In this document: in pieces, positions 9,162 to 18,831 of the stretch | Position numbering within the stretch: the first letter of the stretch is position 1 | Layout: every line of letters starts with the position of its first letter | The notes under the pieces: model-generated | The model's input: only the letters and a program-made list of their open reading frames with translations | Database searches by the model: none | What the model was told of the DNA's origin: nothing | Source of the DNA: Candidatus Arthromitus sp. SFB-rat-Yit | GTDB taxonomy: Bacteria > Bacillota > Clostridia > Clostridiales > Clostridiaceae | DNA: 32,000 nt | Direction: 5' to 3' | Assembly: GCF_000283555.1 (NCBI RefSeq) | Contig: NC_016012.1 | Coordinates: 810,001-842,000 of the forward strand | Translations under genes and position numbers: made by a program

Positions 9162-10382
9162 TTAATATCTAAATAAAGGGAATTGTTCTGTTATATCTCT
9201 TACACATTTTTTAAAATATTCAGAATTTTTTCCTCTATCCTTAATTACACCATCTATAATATCTGCTATTAACAACATTTCATTCTCACCAAATCCCCTT
9301 GTTGTAACTGCTGCAGTACCAATTCTTATACCACTTGTAATTAAAGCCCCACGTGTATCAAAAGGTATGCAATTTTTATTAACCGTAATACCTATACTAT
9401 CTAATAACATTTCACATTCTTTTCCTGTTATATTTTTATTTGTTAGATCAATCAAAATCAAATGATTATCCGTACCATTGGATACTAATTTAAAATCTCT
9501 CTTTTTTAATTCTTCAGCCAACTTATTTGAATTTTTAATTATTCTTTTTGCATATTCCTTAAAATTATCACTCATAGCCTCTTTAAAACAAATTGCTTTA
9601 GCTGCAATCACATGCATTAAAGGACCCCCCTGAATTCCAGGGAATATAGCCTTATCAATCTTTTCTCCATATTCTTTTTTAGCAAGTATAGCTCCCCCAC
9701 GTGGACCACGTAAAGTCTTATGTGTAGTAGTTGTAACAAAATCTGCATATGGCACCGGATTTTCATGAACACCACCTGCTATAAGTCCAGCTATATGTGC
9801 CATATCAACCATCATATAAGCTCCAACCTCATCACAAATTTCTCTAAACTTTTTAAAATCAATTTTTCTAGCATATGCACTATAACCACAAACAATCAAT
9901 TTAGGTTTAACATTTAAAGCTAAAGTCCTAACCTCATCATATTCTATAACACCTGTTTCTTTATTCACTCCATAAAATTTAAAATTATAAGTCTTTCCTG
10001 AAAAATTAACCGAACTTCCGTGAGTTAAATGCCCTCCATGACTTAAATTCATTGATAAAATAGTATCATTGTGTTTCAAAACCGAAGAATAAACCGCCAT
10101 ATTAGCTTGTGATCCAGAATGTGGTTGCACATTTGCGTATTCAGCATTAAACAATAATTTCATCCTATTTATAGCCAAATCTTCAATTTTATCTACAACT
10201 TCACACCCACCATAATATCTTCTGTTTGGATAACCTTCAGCATATTTATTTGTTAAAATAGTTCCCATAGCACTTAACACATCATTACTAACAAAATTTT
10301 CAGAAGCAATAAGTTCTATATTATTAATTTGCCTATCCTGTTCATCTAAAATTAAGTTAGCTATTTCTCTATCTATTATCAT
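9162..10382 (-). CDS. glyA: Serine hydroxymethyltransferase
   Basis: [51 protein letters not shown]. Confidence 0.96.
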   Translation of the reverse strand: MIIDREIANLILDEQDRQINNIELIASENFVSNDVLSAMGTILTNKYAEGYPNRRYYGGCEVVDKIEDLAINRMKLLFNAEYANVQPHSGSQANMAVYSSVLKHNDTILSMNLSHGGHLTHGSSVNFSGKTYNFKFYGVNKETGVIEYDEVRTLALNVKPKLIVCGYSAYARKIDFKKFREICDEVGAYMMVDMAHIAGLIAGGVHENPVPYADFVTTTTHKTLRGPRGGAILAKKEYGEKIDKAIFPGIQGGPLMHVIAAKAICFKEAMSDNFKEYAKRIIKNSNKLAEELKKRDFKLVSNGTDNHLILIDLTNKNITGKECEMLLDSIGITVNKNCIPFDTRGALITSGIRIGTAAVTTRGFGENEMLLIADIIDGVIKDRGKNSEYFKKCVRDITEQFPLFRY

Positions 10383-10415
10383 CTATATCATCTCCTAAAT
10401 TTAATTATAAAAAAT

Positions 10416-10468
10416 AATGCTATGATAACATACCACTTTATCAAAGCAATTACATTAAACATAGCATT
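10416..10468 (-). terminator. Possible terminator after aspS (long-loop hairpin)
   Basis: Perfect 9-bp inverted repeat AATGCTATG/CATAGCATT with a 35-nt loop, followed on the minus strand by ATTTTTTATAAT; in the aspS-glyA intergenic gap. Confidence 0.45.
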
Positions 10469-10483
10469 CTATTCAACAAATTT

Positions 10484-12250
10484 TCATTTCTCTATATTTA
10501 TTCCAAGTTCACGTAGTTGCATATCATCAACTTTACCTGGTGCACTTGATAACAAACACTCACCTTTTTTGTTTTTAGGAAATGCTATAACATCTTTTAT
10601 ATCATTAACATTAGCCAAAAACATAATAATCCTATCAAGTCCAAAAGCAATTCCTCCATGTGGTGGAGTTCCATATTTTAAAGCTTCTACAAAAAAACCA
10701 AATTTTTCATTAACTTCATATTCCGAAAGTCCCAATGCCTCAAACATTTTATTTTGGATTAAGTCATTATGTATCCTTATACTTCCTCCCCCAATTTCCT
10801 CCCCATTCAAAACTAAATCATAAGCTTTAGCCCTAATCTTAGAATATTCCTTAGTTTCAAAATATTTAATGTCATCTTCATTAGGCATAGTAAATGGATG
10901 ATGTGATGCGTAATATCTTCCGTCCTCCTCGCTGTACTCATAAAGTGGAAAATCTTTTACCCACAAAAATTTAAATTCTGTATTATCTTTAAGTATTCCA
11001 AGCATATCAGCAAGTTCAAGTCTTAAAGCTCCCAATGCACTTAACACAGTTTTCTTTATTCCTGGAATTATAAACAAGCAATCATTATTCTTCAATTCAT
11101 ACTTTTCTATAAGCATATTTTTATAATCATCAGTCAAAAATTTATTAATTGAGGACACAATCTGATCATCTTTATATCTTATATAAATTAATCCCTTAGC
11201 ATTAAAGTGATCTTTTACAAAAGAGTTAAGGGCATCTAACTGTTTTCTAGTAAAATCAACTCCCTTAGCCTTTATCGCCCTTATCTCCAAGTAATTTTCA
11301 ATGCATTCCTTAAACATAGGAAAATCTGAATTAACAAAATCATCCTTAACATCTATAATCTGCATATCAAATCTTAAATCTGGTTTATCTGTTCCATATT
11401 TATCCATACATTCTTCATAACTTAACTCAATAAATTTATCTTTAATATTTAAATCAAGCATAGAATTGAAAACATGTTTAATGAGCAATTCCATCTTTTC
11501 CTTAACATCATCTTCATCGACAAAACTCATTTCAATATCAACTTGAGTAAATTCTGGCTGCCTATTCGATCTAAGATCTTCATCTCTAAAACATGTAGCC
11601 ACTTGATAGTATTTATCAAAACCACTTACCATTAATAATTGCTTAAAAATTTGGGGTGACTGAGGTAAAGCATAAAACCTCCCCTTATTAAGCCTACTAG
11701 GAACTAAAAAATCTCTTGCTCCTTCTGGAGTACTTTTATTCAATATTGGTGTACTAACTTCTGTAAAACCATCATTATGTAAAAATCCTCTAAATAAATT
11801 AAGTGCCTTACTCCTAATCCTAAATATGTCTTGATATTTATTATTTCTTAGAGAAATATATCTATACTTTAACTTTAAATTATCATTAACCTCAAAACCA
11901 TCATCAATCATAAATGGTAATTGTTCTGATTTTGAGTAAATTTCTATATCATCACATATAACTTCTATATCTCCATTTTTAATTTGTGGATTCTTAGATT
12001 CCCTTTCTTTAACAATACCTCTAACCTTTATACAATATTCTGGTTTCAAACAATCCCCAATATCAAATATGGAGCTACCTTCTTTAAATACAATCTGTAC
12101 TATTCCTTCTCTATCTCTCAAATCAACAAATATAAGAGATCCTAAATTTCTCTTTTTATTAACCCATCCTTCTAGCACTACCTGTTGATCCAAATATCGT
12201 CTATCAATTACTCCACAATACTCTGTACGACGCATTTTTTTAAATTCCAT
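10484..12250 (-). CDS. aspS: Aspartyl-tRNA synthetase (bacterial type)
   Basis: GWVNKKRNLGSLIFVDLRDREG, FRDEDLRSNRQPEFTQVDIEMSF, GEEIGGGSIRIH, PHGGIAFGLDRIIM. The ATG at 12250 (MEFKKMRRTEYCG, RBS aggggag) is preferred over the track start at 12298, which overlaps hisS. Confidence 0.95.
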   Translation of the reverse strand: MEFKKMRRTEYCGVIDRRYLDQQVVLEGWVNKKRNLGSLIFVDLRDREGIVQIVFKEGSSIFDIGDCLKPEYCIKVRGIVKERESKNPQIKNGDIEVICDDIEIYSKSEQLPFMIDDGFEVNDNLKLKYRYISLRNNKYQDIFRIRSKALNLFRGFLHNDGFTEVSTPILNKSTPEGARDFLVPSRLNKGRFYALPQSPQIFKQLLMVSGFDKYYQVATCFRDEDLRSNRQPEFTQVDIEMSFVDEDDVKEKMELLIKHVFNSMLDLNIKDKFIELSYEECMDKYGTDKPDLRFDMQIIDVKDDFVNSDFPMFKECIENYLEIRAIKAKGVDFTRKQLDALNSFVKDHFNAKGLIYIRYKDDQIVSSINKFLTDDYKNMLIEKYELKNNDCLFIIPGIKKTVLSALGALRLELADMLGILKDNTEFKFLWVKDFPLYEYSEEDGRYYASHHPFTMPNEDDIKYFETKEYSKIRAKAYDLVLNGEEIGGGSIRIHNDLIQNKMFEALGLSEYEVNEKFGFFVEALKYGTPPHGGIAFGLDRIIMFLANVNDIKDVIAFPKNKKGECLLSSAPGKVDDMQLRELGINIEK

Positions 12251-12266
12251 AAGATTATATCTCCCC

Positions 12267-13526
12267 TTACAAAAAATATTTTTGTATTTCAGTATCATGG
12301 TTTAAATTCAAATTAGTTATTTCACCAGTATCCATATTTTTTATTCTAATTACATTATTGCTTATCTCATCTTTTCCTATAACAACTATATTCTTAGCTT
12401 TAATTTTATTAGCATACTTCATTTGTTGCTTAAAACTTCTATTTAAATAATCTACATCACATTTAATATCAAACTTTCTTAATCTATTACATATTTCCAA
12501 AACATTCATCTTATATTCTTCCGTATGATTAATTAAAAACAAATCAATTCTAATATCTTTAACATAATCATACAAATTATCACCTAGTGCTAATAAAAGT
12601 CTTTCTATACCCATTCCAAAACCAACAGCTGGACAATTTTTACCACCAAGTTCCTCTATTAATTTGTTATATCTTCCTCCGCCACACAAAGTCATATTTG
12701 ATTCATCTACTACCTCAAATACAGTTTTAGTATAATAATCTAACCCTCTAACAATGTTGCTCTTTACTTCAAAATCGACATTAAATAATTTTAAATATGA
12801 TTGAACACTCTCAAAATGTTCACTACACGCATCGCATATGTAATCAAGTATACTGGGAGCATCTTTCGATACTATATTTTTACACTTTTCATTCTTACAA
12901 TCTAATATTCTAAGAGGATTTTTTTTCAATCTTTCATTACAAATACTACATAATTCATGTCTAATATTTTTTAAAAACTCTCTTAATTTCTCATTATAAG
13001 TACTTCTGCATTTATCACAACCTAAAGAATTTATATATACTTTAATATTTTTCAATTTAAAATCAGTATATATACTATACGCCATACTTATAATTTCTGC
13101 ATCAGATGCAGGCGAATCAGTTCCGAATACTTCAACCCCAAATTGATGATGTTGTCTTAATCTCCCCTTTTGCACATTTTCATACCTAAACACAGGTGTT
13201 ATATAAAATAACTTTGTAGGTTGAGAATTTGAATACATAGAATGTTCAATAAACGATCTTATAGTAGGAGCAGTTCCTTCAGCTTTCAGGGTTATACTCC
13301 TATTTCCTTTATCTTTAAAAGTATACATTTCTTTCTGTACTATATCAGTAGTATAACCAACACCCCTTAAAAACAAATCTGTGTATTCAAATATGGGAGT
13401 CCTTATTTCTTTAATACCATATACACTAGACTTATTCCTTAAAAATTCTTCTATATATTGCCATATGTAAGTCTCCCAAGGTAAACAATCCTTTGTTCCC
13501 TTGGGAGATTTAATAATATTATCCAT
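12267..13526 (-). CDS. hisS: Histidyl-tRNA synthetase
   Basis: PKGTKDCLPWE, LRAEGTAPTIR-like LKAEGTAPTIRSFIE, GRLRQHHQFGVEVFG, GLDYYTKTVFEVV, GGGRYNKLIEELGG. Confidence 0.95.
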   Translation of the reverse strand: MDNIIKSPKGTKDCLPWETYIWQYIEEFLRNKSSVYGIKEIRTPIFEYTDLFLRGVGYTTDIVQKEMYTFKDKGNRSITLKAEGTAPTIRSFIEHSMYSNSQPTKLFYITPVFRYENVQKGRLRQHHQFGVEVFGTDSPASDAEIISMAYSIYTDFKLKNIKVYINSLGCDKCRSTYNEKLREFLKNIRHELCSICNERLKKNPLRILDCKNEKCKNIVSKDAPSILDYICDACSEHFESVQSYLKLFNVDFEVKSNIVRGLDYYTKTVFEVVDESNMTLCGGGRYNKLIEELGGKNCPAVGFGMGIERLLLALGDNLYDYVKDIRIDLFLINHTEEYKMNVLEICNRLRKFDIKCDVDYLNRSFKQQMKYANKIKAKNIVVIGKDEISNNVIRIKNMDTGEITNLNLNHDTEIQKYFL

Positions 13527-14157
13527 TTAAATTTTCACCACCTAGTATATGTTTCAAAAACTTATTACTAATTTTTTCTTCTTTAATAGTACTTTCCTCA
13601 CCATGTCCTGGATAAATTATTGTACTATCTGGCAAATTAAATAGCTTATACCTAATACTTTCTATAATTATATCAAAATCTCCTCCATATAAATCTGTTC
13701 TGCCTATGGTTCCTTTAAATAATGTATCGCCGGTAAAAATCAAATCACCAATTCTATAAGTTACACTCCCTAAGGTATGACCAGGGGTAGATATTACATT
13801 CACAATAACACCATCAAAATTTAAAACTGAATTATCATATATAGGATTTATATGATTCAATTTTGTAAATAAATATGGTTCTTCATGTTGAGCTTGCATA
13901 TCTGGTAAAGCCATAAAAAATGTTGTGCCAAAATGTTGTTGCATATATTCTACCCCATTAGTATGATCAAAATGTCCATGCGTAAGTAATCCATATTTCA
14001 TATTTAAATTAAGATTATTTTTTTCAATATAGTTAACCAATCCTTCTCCATCACCACAATCGATAACAATAGTATTATTATTAATTATATTATGAACTAA
14101 ATAACAATTACAATCGTAACTACCCAACGGAATTCTATAAACATTAATATCTCTCAC
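13519..14157 (-). CDS. MBL-fold metallo-hydrolase (hydroxyacylglutathione-hydrolase-like, YcbL/GloB-type)
   Basis: THGHFDHTNG metal-binding motif, STPGHTLGSVTY, FTGDTLFKGTIGRTD, YPGHGEESTI. Confidence 0.92.
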   Translation of the reverse strand: MRDINVYRIPLGSYDCNCYLVHNIINNNTIVIDCGDGEGLVNYIEKNNLNLNMKYGLLTHGHFDHTNGVEYMQQHFGTTFFMALPDMQAQHEEPYLFTKLNHINPIYDNSVLNFDGVIVNVISTPGHTLGSVTYRIGDLIFTGDTLFKGTIGRTDLYGGDFDIIIESIRYKLFNLPDSTIIYPGHGEESTIKEEKISNKFLKHILGGENLNG

Positions 14158-14209
14158 AATTTTACCTCCAAAATAGAATAATCAACAATTTATAATATAT
14201 CTATTCAAG

Positions 14210-16369
14210 TTAATTAATATTTGTATTTGGTCTAAATACATTATATACTCCCTTAACACTTTTCAAAGATGATATAAGTTTATCAAGTTTTTCTCTTGAA
14301 TCAATATTAATCCTAATATCTATTCTGGATATCTCAGAATCAAGTTCCCTAAAATTAATACTTCTAATATAAATATTAAAACTTTTAACAAATTTTGAAA
14401 CATCTTCAATAATAGATGACTTCACATTCCTAAAGGTTACACATATATCTACATCATATTTTCTATTAGCAATATTATACCAATCTAAATCTATGAGTCT
14501 CTCTTTATCTGAACATTTAATTATGTTTTTACAGTCACTCCTATGCACAGTTATACCTTTACCTCTAGTTATAAATCCTAATATTTCATCTCCACAAACC
14601 GGAGTACAACATTTAGCAAATTTGATTAATAAATTACTCTGACCTTCTATCAATATTTCATCTTTATAGCTAGATTTGCATGAATTATATTTTTTATATA
14701 TTATATTATATTCTTTTTTATCATTTTTCTTATCTATAATATTTTCTGATAATAATTCAGATATCTTAGACAATACAAGATTAAAAGTTATATTACCTAT
14801 GCCCAAATTAAAATATAATTCGTCTAAACTAGATAAAGATAAAATCTTTAATAATTTACTAATAAGTACATCATTTAATCGTATAGATCTTTTTTTACAC
14901 TCTTTTTCAAATAAATATTTTCCCCTGTAAACATTGTCTTCTTTAGTTATTCTATTAAACCATTGACGTATTTTACTTTTAGTATGATTGCTCTTAACAA
15001 ATCCTAACCAATCTATACTTGGACCTTTTATCTGTTTAGATGTAATAATTTCAACGATATTACCTGTTTCTAATATATGATCTAAAGTAACAATTTTATT
15101 ATTAACTCTAGCTCCTTCACATCTATACCCTACATCTGTATGAATCCTAAAAGCAAAATCTACGGGTGTAGATCCAATAGGTAATGCTATAACTTTACCT
15201 TTAGGAGTGAAAACGAATATTTCTTGAAATATCAAATCAGTTTTAAAATTTTCCATAGCTTCTGTTGGGTTTTTTGTTTCAGTAAGCCACTCTACAACTT
15301 CTCTAATCCATACAAATTTTTCATCAAAACGATCTTTTGTATCTGTTTGCTCTTTATATTTAAAATGAGCTGCTATTCCTAATTCTGCAACTTTATGCAT
15401 TTTTTTTGTTCTGATTTGTATTTCAAAAGGTTTTCCGCCTTTTGTAAGTACTGTAGTATGAAGAGATTGATAATTATTCGACTTAGGCATCGCTATATAA
15501 TCCTTAAATTTATTAGAAATTGGATTATATTTTTCATGTGCTAATCCTAAAGCCACATAACAATCTTTTATACTGTCAACAATAACTCTTATGGCTATCA
15601 AATCAAAAATTTCATCTATAGTTTTATTCTTCTGAATTAATTTTTTATATATGCTATACAAATGTTTAGGTCTGCCCTCAATAACAGCATTTACATCAGA
15701 TTGATTTAAAACTTCTTTAAACTCTTTTATTATTTCATTAGTTAATTTTTCCCTATCATCCCTTTTTTCAGAAACCAATTTAGCTATTCGATAATATTCA
15801 TCCGGATTCAAATATCTAAAAGATAAATCTTCTAATTCCCACTTTATCTTACTTATTCCAAGTCTATGAGCTAATGGTACAAATATATTTAATGTTTCCT
15901 TAGACTTTTCTTGCTGTTTATACTCAGATAAATATTTTAGGGTTCTCATATTATGTAGTCTATCTGCTAATTTAATTAAAATAACCCTAATATCTTTTGT
16001 CATAGCCATCAGCATTTTTCTAATATTGTCAGCCTGAGCTTCCTCTTTTGTTTTATAATTTATTTTATCTAATTTGGAAACCCCTTCAACTAAGATAGCA
16101 ACTTCTTCACCAAAAGTTGCTGATATATCCGAATACGTAAACTCAGTATCCTCAATAACATCATGTAAAAGACCACCTATTATAGTATTTACATCTAAAT
16201 TCATCTCTGATAAAATGTACGCAACTTCAAGAGGATGCACTATATAAGGTTCACCATCTATTCTTTTTTGATTTATGTGCGCATTAAAAGCAAAATTAAA
16301 TGCTGTTATTATTAACTCTCTATTTTCACTACTTAATCTACTTATTATAAACTCTAGTTTTTGATACAT
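14210..16369 (-). CDS. rel: Bifunctional (p)ppGpp synthetase/hydrolase, RelA/SpoT family
   Basis: HD domain GLLHDVIEDT, synthetase domain YKLIQKNKTIDEIFDLIAIRVIV and YQSLHTTVL, TGS domain VFTPKGKVIALPIGSTPVDFAFRIHTDVG, C-terminal ACT-like region. Confidence 0.95.
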   Translation of the reverse strand: MYQKLEFIISRLSSENRELIITAFNFAFNAHINQKRIDGEPYIVHPLEVAYILSEMNLDVNTIIGGLLHDVIEDTEFTYSDISATFGEEVAILVEGVSKLDKINYKTKEEAQADNIRKMLMAMTKDIRVILIKLADRLHNMRTLKYLSEYKQQEKSKETLNIFVPLAHRLGISKIKWELEDLSFRYLNPDEYYRIAKLVSEKRDDREKLTNEIIKEFKEVLNQSDVNAVIEGRPKHLYSIYKKLIQKNKTIDEIFDLIAIRVIVDSIKDCYVALGLAHEKYNPISNKFKDYIAMPKSNNYQSLHTTVLTKGGKPFEIQIRTKKMHKVAELGIAAHFKYKEQTDTKDRFDEKFVWIREVVEWLTETKNPTEAMENFKTDLIFQEIFVFTPKGKVIALPIGSTPVDFAFRIHTDVGYRCEGARVNNKIVTLDHILETGNIVEIITSKQIKGPSIDWLGFVKSNHTKSKIRQWFNRITKEDNVYRGKYLFEKECKKRSIRLNDVLISKLLKILSLSSLDELYFNLGIGNITFNLVLSKISELLSENIIDKKNDKKEYNIIYKKYNSCKSSYKDEILIEGQSNLLIKFAKCCTPVCGDEILGFITRGKGITVHRSDCKNIIKCSDKERLIDLDWYNIANRKYDVDICVTFRNVKSSIIEDVSKFVKSFNIYIRSINFRELDSEISRIDIRINIDSREKLDKLISSLKSVKGVYNVFRPNTNIN

Positions 16370-16492
16370 AACAACCCCTTGAAAATATAGTAATTTAGGG
16401 AGATCAAATATTATTGAAACTCCCTTAAAACATATATTAAATTATAAAATTTGTATTTGAATAATTATAATACATATAATTCAAAATTACAA

Positions 16493-17011
16493 CTACACAT
16501 CATATTTTACAAATGAATTAACATTATAATCTTTCAAAACATCTCTTCCACCAATTTTTTCTAGTTCTATAACAAAATCTAATTCTACAACTTTGCCCCC
16601 GGCTTTCTCTACTAGATCTGCCACAGCTTTAATTGTTCCACCTGTGGCTAATAAATCATCAATTATAGCAACTCTTGGATTATTTTCAAATGCATCTTTA
16701 TGTATCTCTAATGTATCTTTCCCATACTCTAAGCCATAACTTACCTCTATAGTCTTACCAGGCAATTTACCCTTTTTCCTTACAGGTACAAACCCAATTC
16801 CTAAAGCATACGCAACAGGCATTCCAAATATAAATCCTCTAGCTTCTGGTGCAACTATCAAATCTATATTTTTATTTTTCAAATTATCAACAATTAAATC
16901 TATAGTATATTTTAGTGTTTTCCCATCCCGTATAAGAGTTGTTATATCTTTAAAGCTTATTCCTTTTTTAGGGAAATCTTCAATAATTTCTATACTTCTT
17001 TTTAAATCCAT
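16493..17011 (-). CDS. apt: Adenine phosphoribosyltransferase
   Basis: DFPKKGISFKDITTL, APEARGFIFG, VRKKGKLPG, RVAIIDDLLATGGT. Confidence 0.96.
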   Translation of the reverse strand: MDLKRSIEIIEDFPKKGISFKDITTLIRDGKTLKYTIDLIVDNLKNKNIDLIVAPEARGFIFGMPVAYALGIGFVPVRKKGKLPGKTIEVSYGLEYGKDTLEIHKDAFENNPRVAIIDDLLATGGTIKAVADLVEKAGGKVVELDFVIELEKIGGRDVLKDYNVNSFVKYDV

Positions 17012-17841
17012 GATTTTTCCTCCATTTTATAATTCACCTCTTTAATCAAATATTTACATATTTGATTAGCCTTCAAAGAATTTGATACTGTAAGTAATTC
17101 AACTATTAATTTTGCATTTGTAATCTTATTTTTATTTATATATTCCGGATCAATAAAATTAATTAATTCATTAATAGTTATATTATTAGAGCAAGTTTTA
17201 ACAAGCTCACATAATCCATAATTCTTAGTATTTTTCAAAAAATAAGATCCTTCTTTTAAAAGCTTATAATTCTCACCATACACTTTAACATTATCATTAA
17301 ATAAACTTATAAAAACTAAATCTAAAAACTTGACCATACTCTTTAAATTATAAAATCTACTAATACCTTCTAAAATTTTATAAGTTAATGCTGGTAACGT
17401 TAAATCTTTAAATGAATATATACAATCATCTGAATATGGATTTATCAATATATATCTTGAAGAATTTAATATATCTGTTTCTTTATTTGAAATATTTATA
17501 ACTTTTATAGATAAATCTTTATCTATAATTTTATTTAATGAAAACACTATGTCTATCCTCATAAATTCAACATGATCGTTAAACTGTTTCTCATCAAACT
17601 CTTGTGTATCATCGTAAATATAATGATATACATTTAATTTCAAATATCGTAATGCTAATATTAAAATGGATGTAGATAATACGCCATCCAATGTTCCTGG
17701 AGCATAAATTAATATATTAGTATGTTTACTGATCAAATCATCAATTATATCAATTACTTCTTTTATACCATTAATTTTAAAAGGATTATAATTATCACCA
17801 ATATATCCCTTTTCAAAAACAAAATCACGATAATTTTCCAT
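17002..17841 (-). CDS. Truncated, probably non-catalytic RecJ-like (DHH superfamily) protein
   Basis: Occupies the recJ slot between secF and apt. Residual RecJ-like blocks: ILIYAPGTLDGVLSTSILILALRYLKLNVYHYI (cf. RecJ IxIYGDYDVDGITSTAIL), YILINPYSDDCIYSFKDLTLPALTYKIL (cf. AIINPK..DC.YPFKELAGVGVAFKL), LDLVFISLFNDNVKVYGENYKLLKEGSYFLKNTKNYGLCELV (cf. LDLVALGTIADVVPLVGENR.LVKEGL..L.NT.R.GL.AL). The ATG at 17841 has a ggagg RBS; the track start 17862 lies upstream of that RBS. Confidence 0.75.
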   Translation of the reverse strand: MENYRDFVFEKGYIGDNYNPFKINGIKEVIDIIDDLISKHTNILIYAPGTLDGVLSTSILILALRYLKLNVYHYIYDDTQEFDEKQFNDHVEFMRIDIVFSLNKIIDKDLSIKVINISNKETDILNSSRYILINPYSDDCIYSFKDLTLPALTYKILEGISRFYNLKSMVKFLDLVFISLFNDNVKVYGENYKLLKEGSYFLKNTKNYGLCELVKTCSNNITINELINFIDPEYINKNKITNAKLIVELLTVSNSLKANQICKYLIKEVNYKMEEKSWI

Positions 17842-17970
17842 AAATATAATCCTCCAAATCACTAGAAAAACAAGTTCAATTATAATTTACAATGTTAATT
17901 TTTACAATATATTTAACAAAAATAATAGATAGATTATCGACTATCAAATAATCTATCTACAATTTAACAT

Positions 17971-18831
17971 TTATTTATTTAATTTTCTATTTCCTTTAGA
18001 AGCCAACATTACCCATAACGGTGTAGCAATAAAGATAGACGAATATGTGCCTGAAATTATTCCAATTAATATGGGAAATGAAAATTCCCTTACACTAGGT
18101 ACAAAAATATAAACACAAAGCACTATGATAATAGTTGTAACAGATGTATTAATACATCTAACTAAACTTTGCTTTATACTCAAATTTGCAATATAGTCAT
18201 TAGATTTTCCTGTATGCAATTTCCTATTTTCTCTTATTCTATCAAATATAACTATAGTGTCATTAATTGAATATCCAACTATCGTTAATACTGATGCTAT
18301 AAATGGAGAATTTATCGGAACCATAAATATAGAATATGCACTTAATGTTATCAAAACATCATGTATCAATGCTATTATTGCAGCGATACCAAAATAAATT
18401 TCAAATCTAATAATTATATAAATAAGCATTCCTAATGTGGCTATTGCCAGGGCTATCAAAGCTCTTAAAGTAAGTTCTTTTCCTATTGATCCACTTATTT
18501 CAGTTTGATGTAATAAATTTGAATCCTCTAATGAATATTTTGTTTTAAGTTCATTAAAAAAACTAACAACTTTATCAGTTTCAAAATTTTTACTCCTAAC
18601 TTCAACTTGAGTTCCATTAATCTTTTTTGAAACAGCATCTTGAGAATATTTTGCTAATATTTCATCCACTTCTGACTTATCAAACTCTTTTCCAATATCT
18701 ATTAATACCGTTGTTCCGCCAACAAAATCAATACCTATATTTATTCCTCTATAAAAAAACATAGCAACACCGATTAATACGGTAATTATAGATATAGAAA
18801 ACCATATTTTATATTTTTTCATTATGTTCAT
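17971..18831 (-). CDS. secF: Protein translocase subunit SecF
   Basis: GINIGIDFVGGTTVLIDI, LTIVGYSINDTIVIFDRIRENR; multiple TM segments; overlaps secD. Confidence 0.95.
   Translation of the reverse strand: MNIMKKYKIWFSISIITVLIGVAMFFYRGINIGIDFVGGTTVLIDIGKEFDKSEVDEILAKYSQDAVSKKINGTQVEVRSKNFETDKVVSFFNELKTKYSLEDSNLLHQTEISGSIGKELTLRALIALAIATLGMLIYIIIRFEIYFGIAAIIALIHDVLITLSAYSIFMVPINSPFIASVLTIVGYSINDTIVIFDRIRENRKLHTGKSNDYIANLSIKQSLVRCINTSVTTIIIVLCVYIFVPSVREFSFPILIGIISGTYSSIFIATPLWVMLASKGNRKLNK

Noticed and set aside
12251-12298. 48-bp overlap of aspS with the 3' end of hisS implied by the track start
   Set aside because: The ATG at 12250 has a good RBS and begins the conserved AspRS N-terminus (MEFKKMRRTEYCG); the overlap is a start-site artefact.
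13519-14157. MBL hydrolase as possible quorum-quenching or beta-lactamase enzyme
   Set aside because: Sequence and position (next to hisS/rel) match the ordinary Firmicutes hydroxyacylglutathione-hydrolase-like family; nothing supports a specialised role.
16397-16433. AGGGAG...CTCCCT hairpin between apt and rel
   Set aside because: Only a 6-bp contiguous stem with a 17-nt loop and no U-tract on the minus strand; too weak to call a terminator or regulatory RNA.
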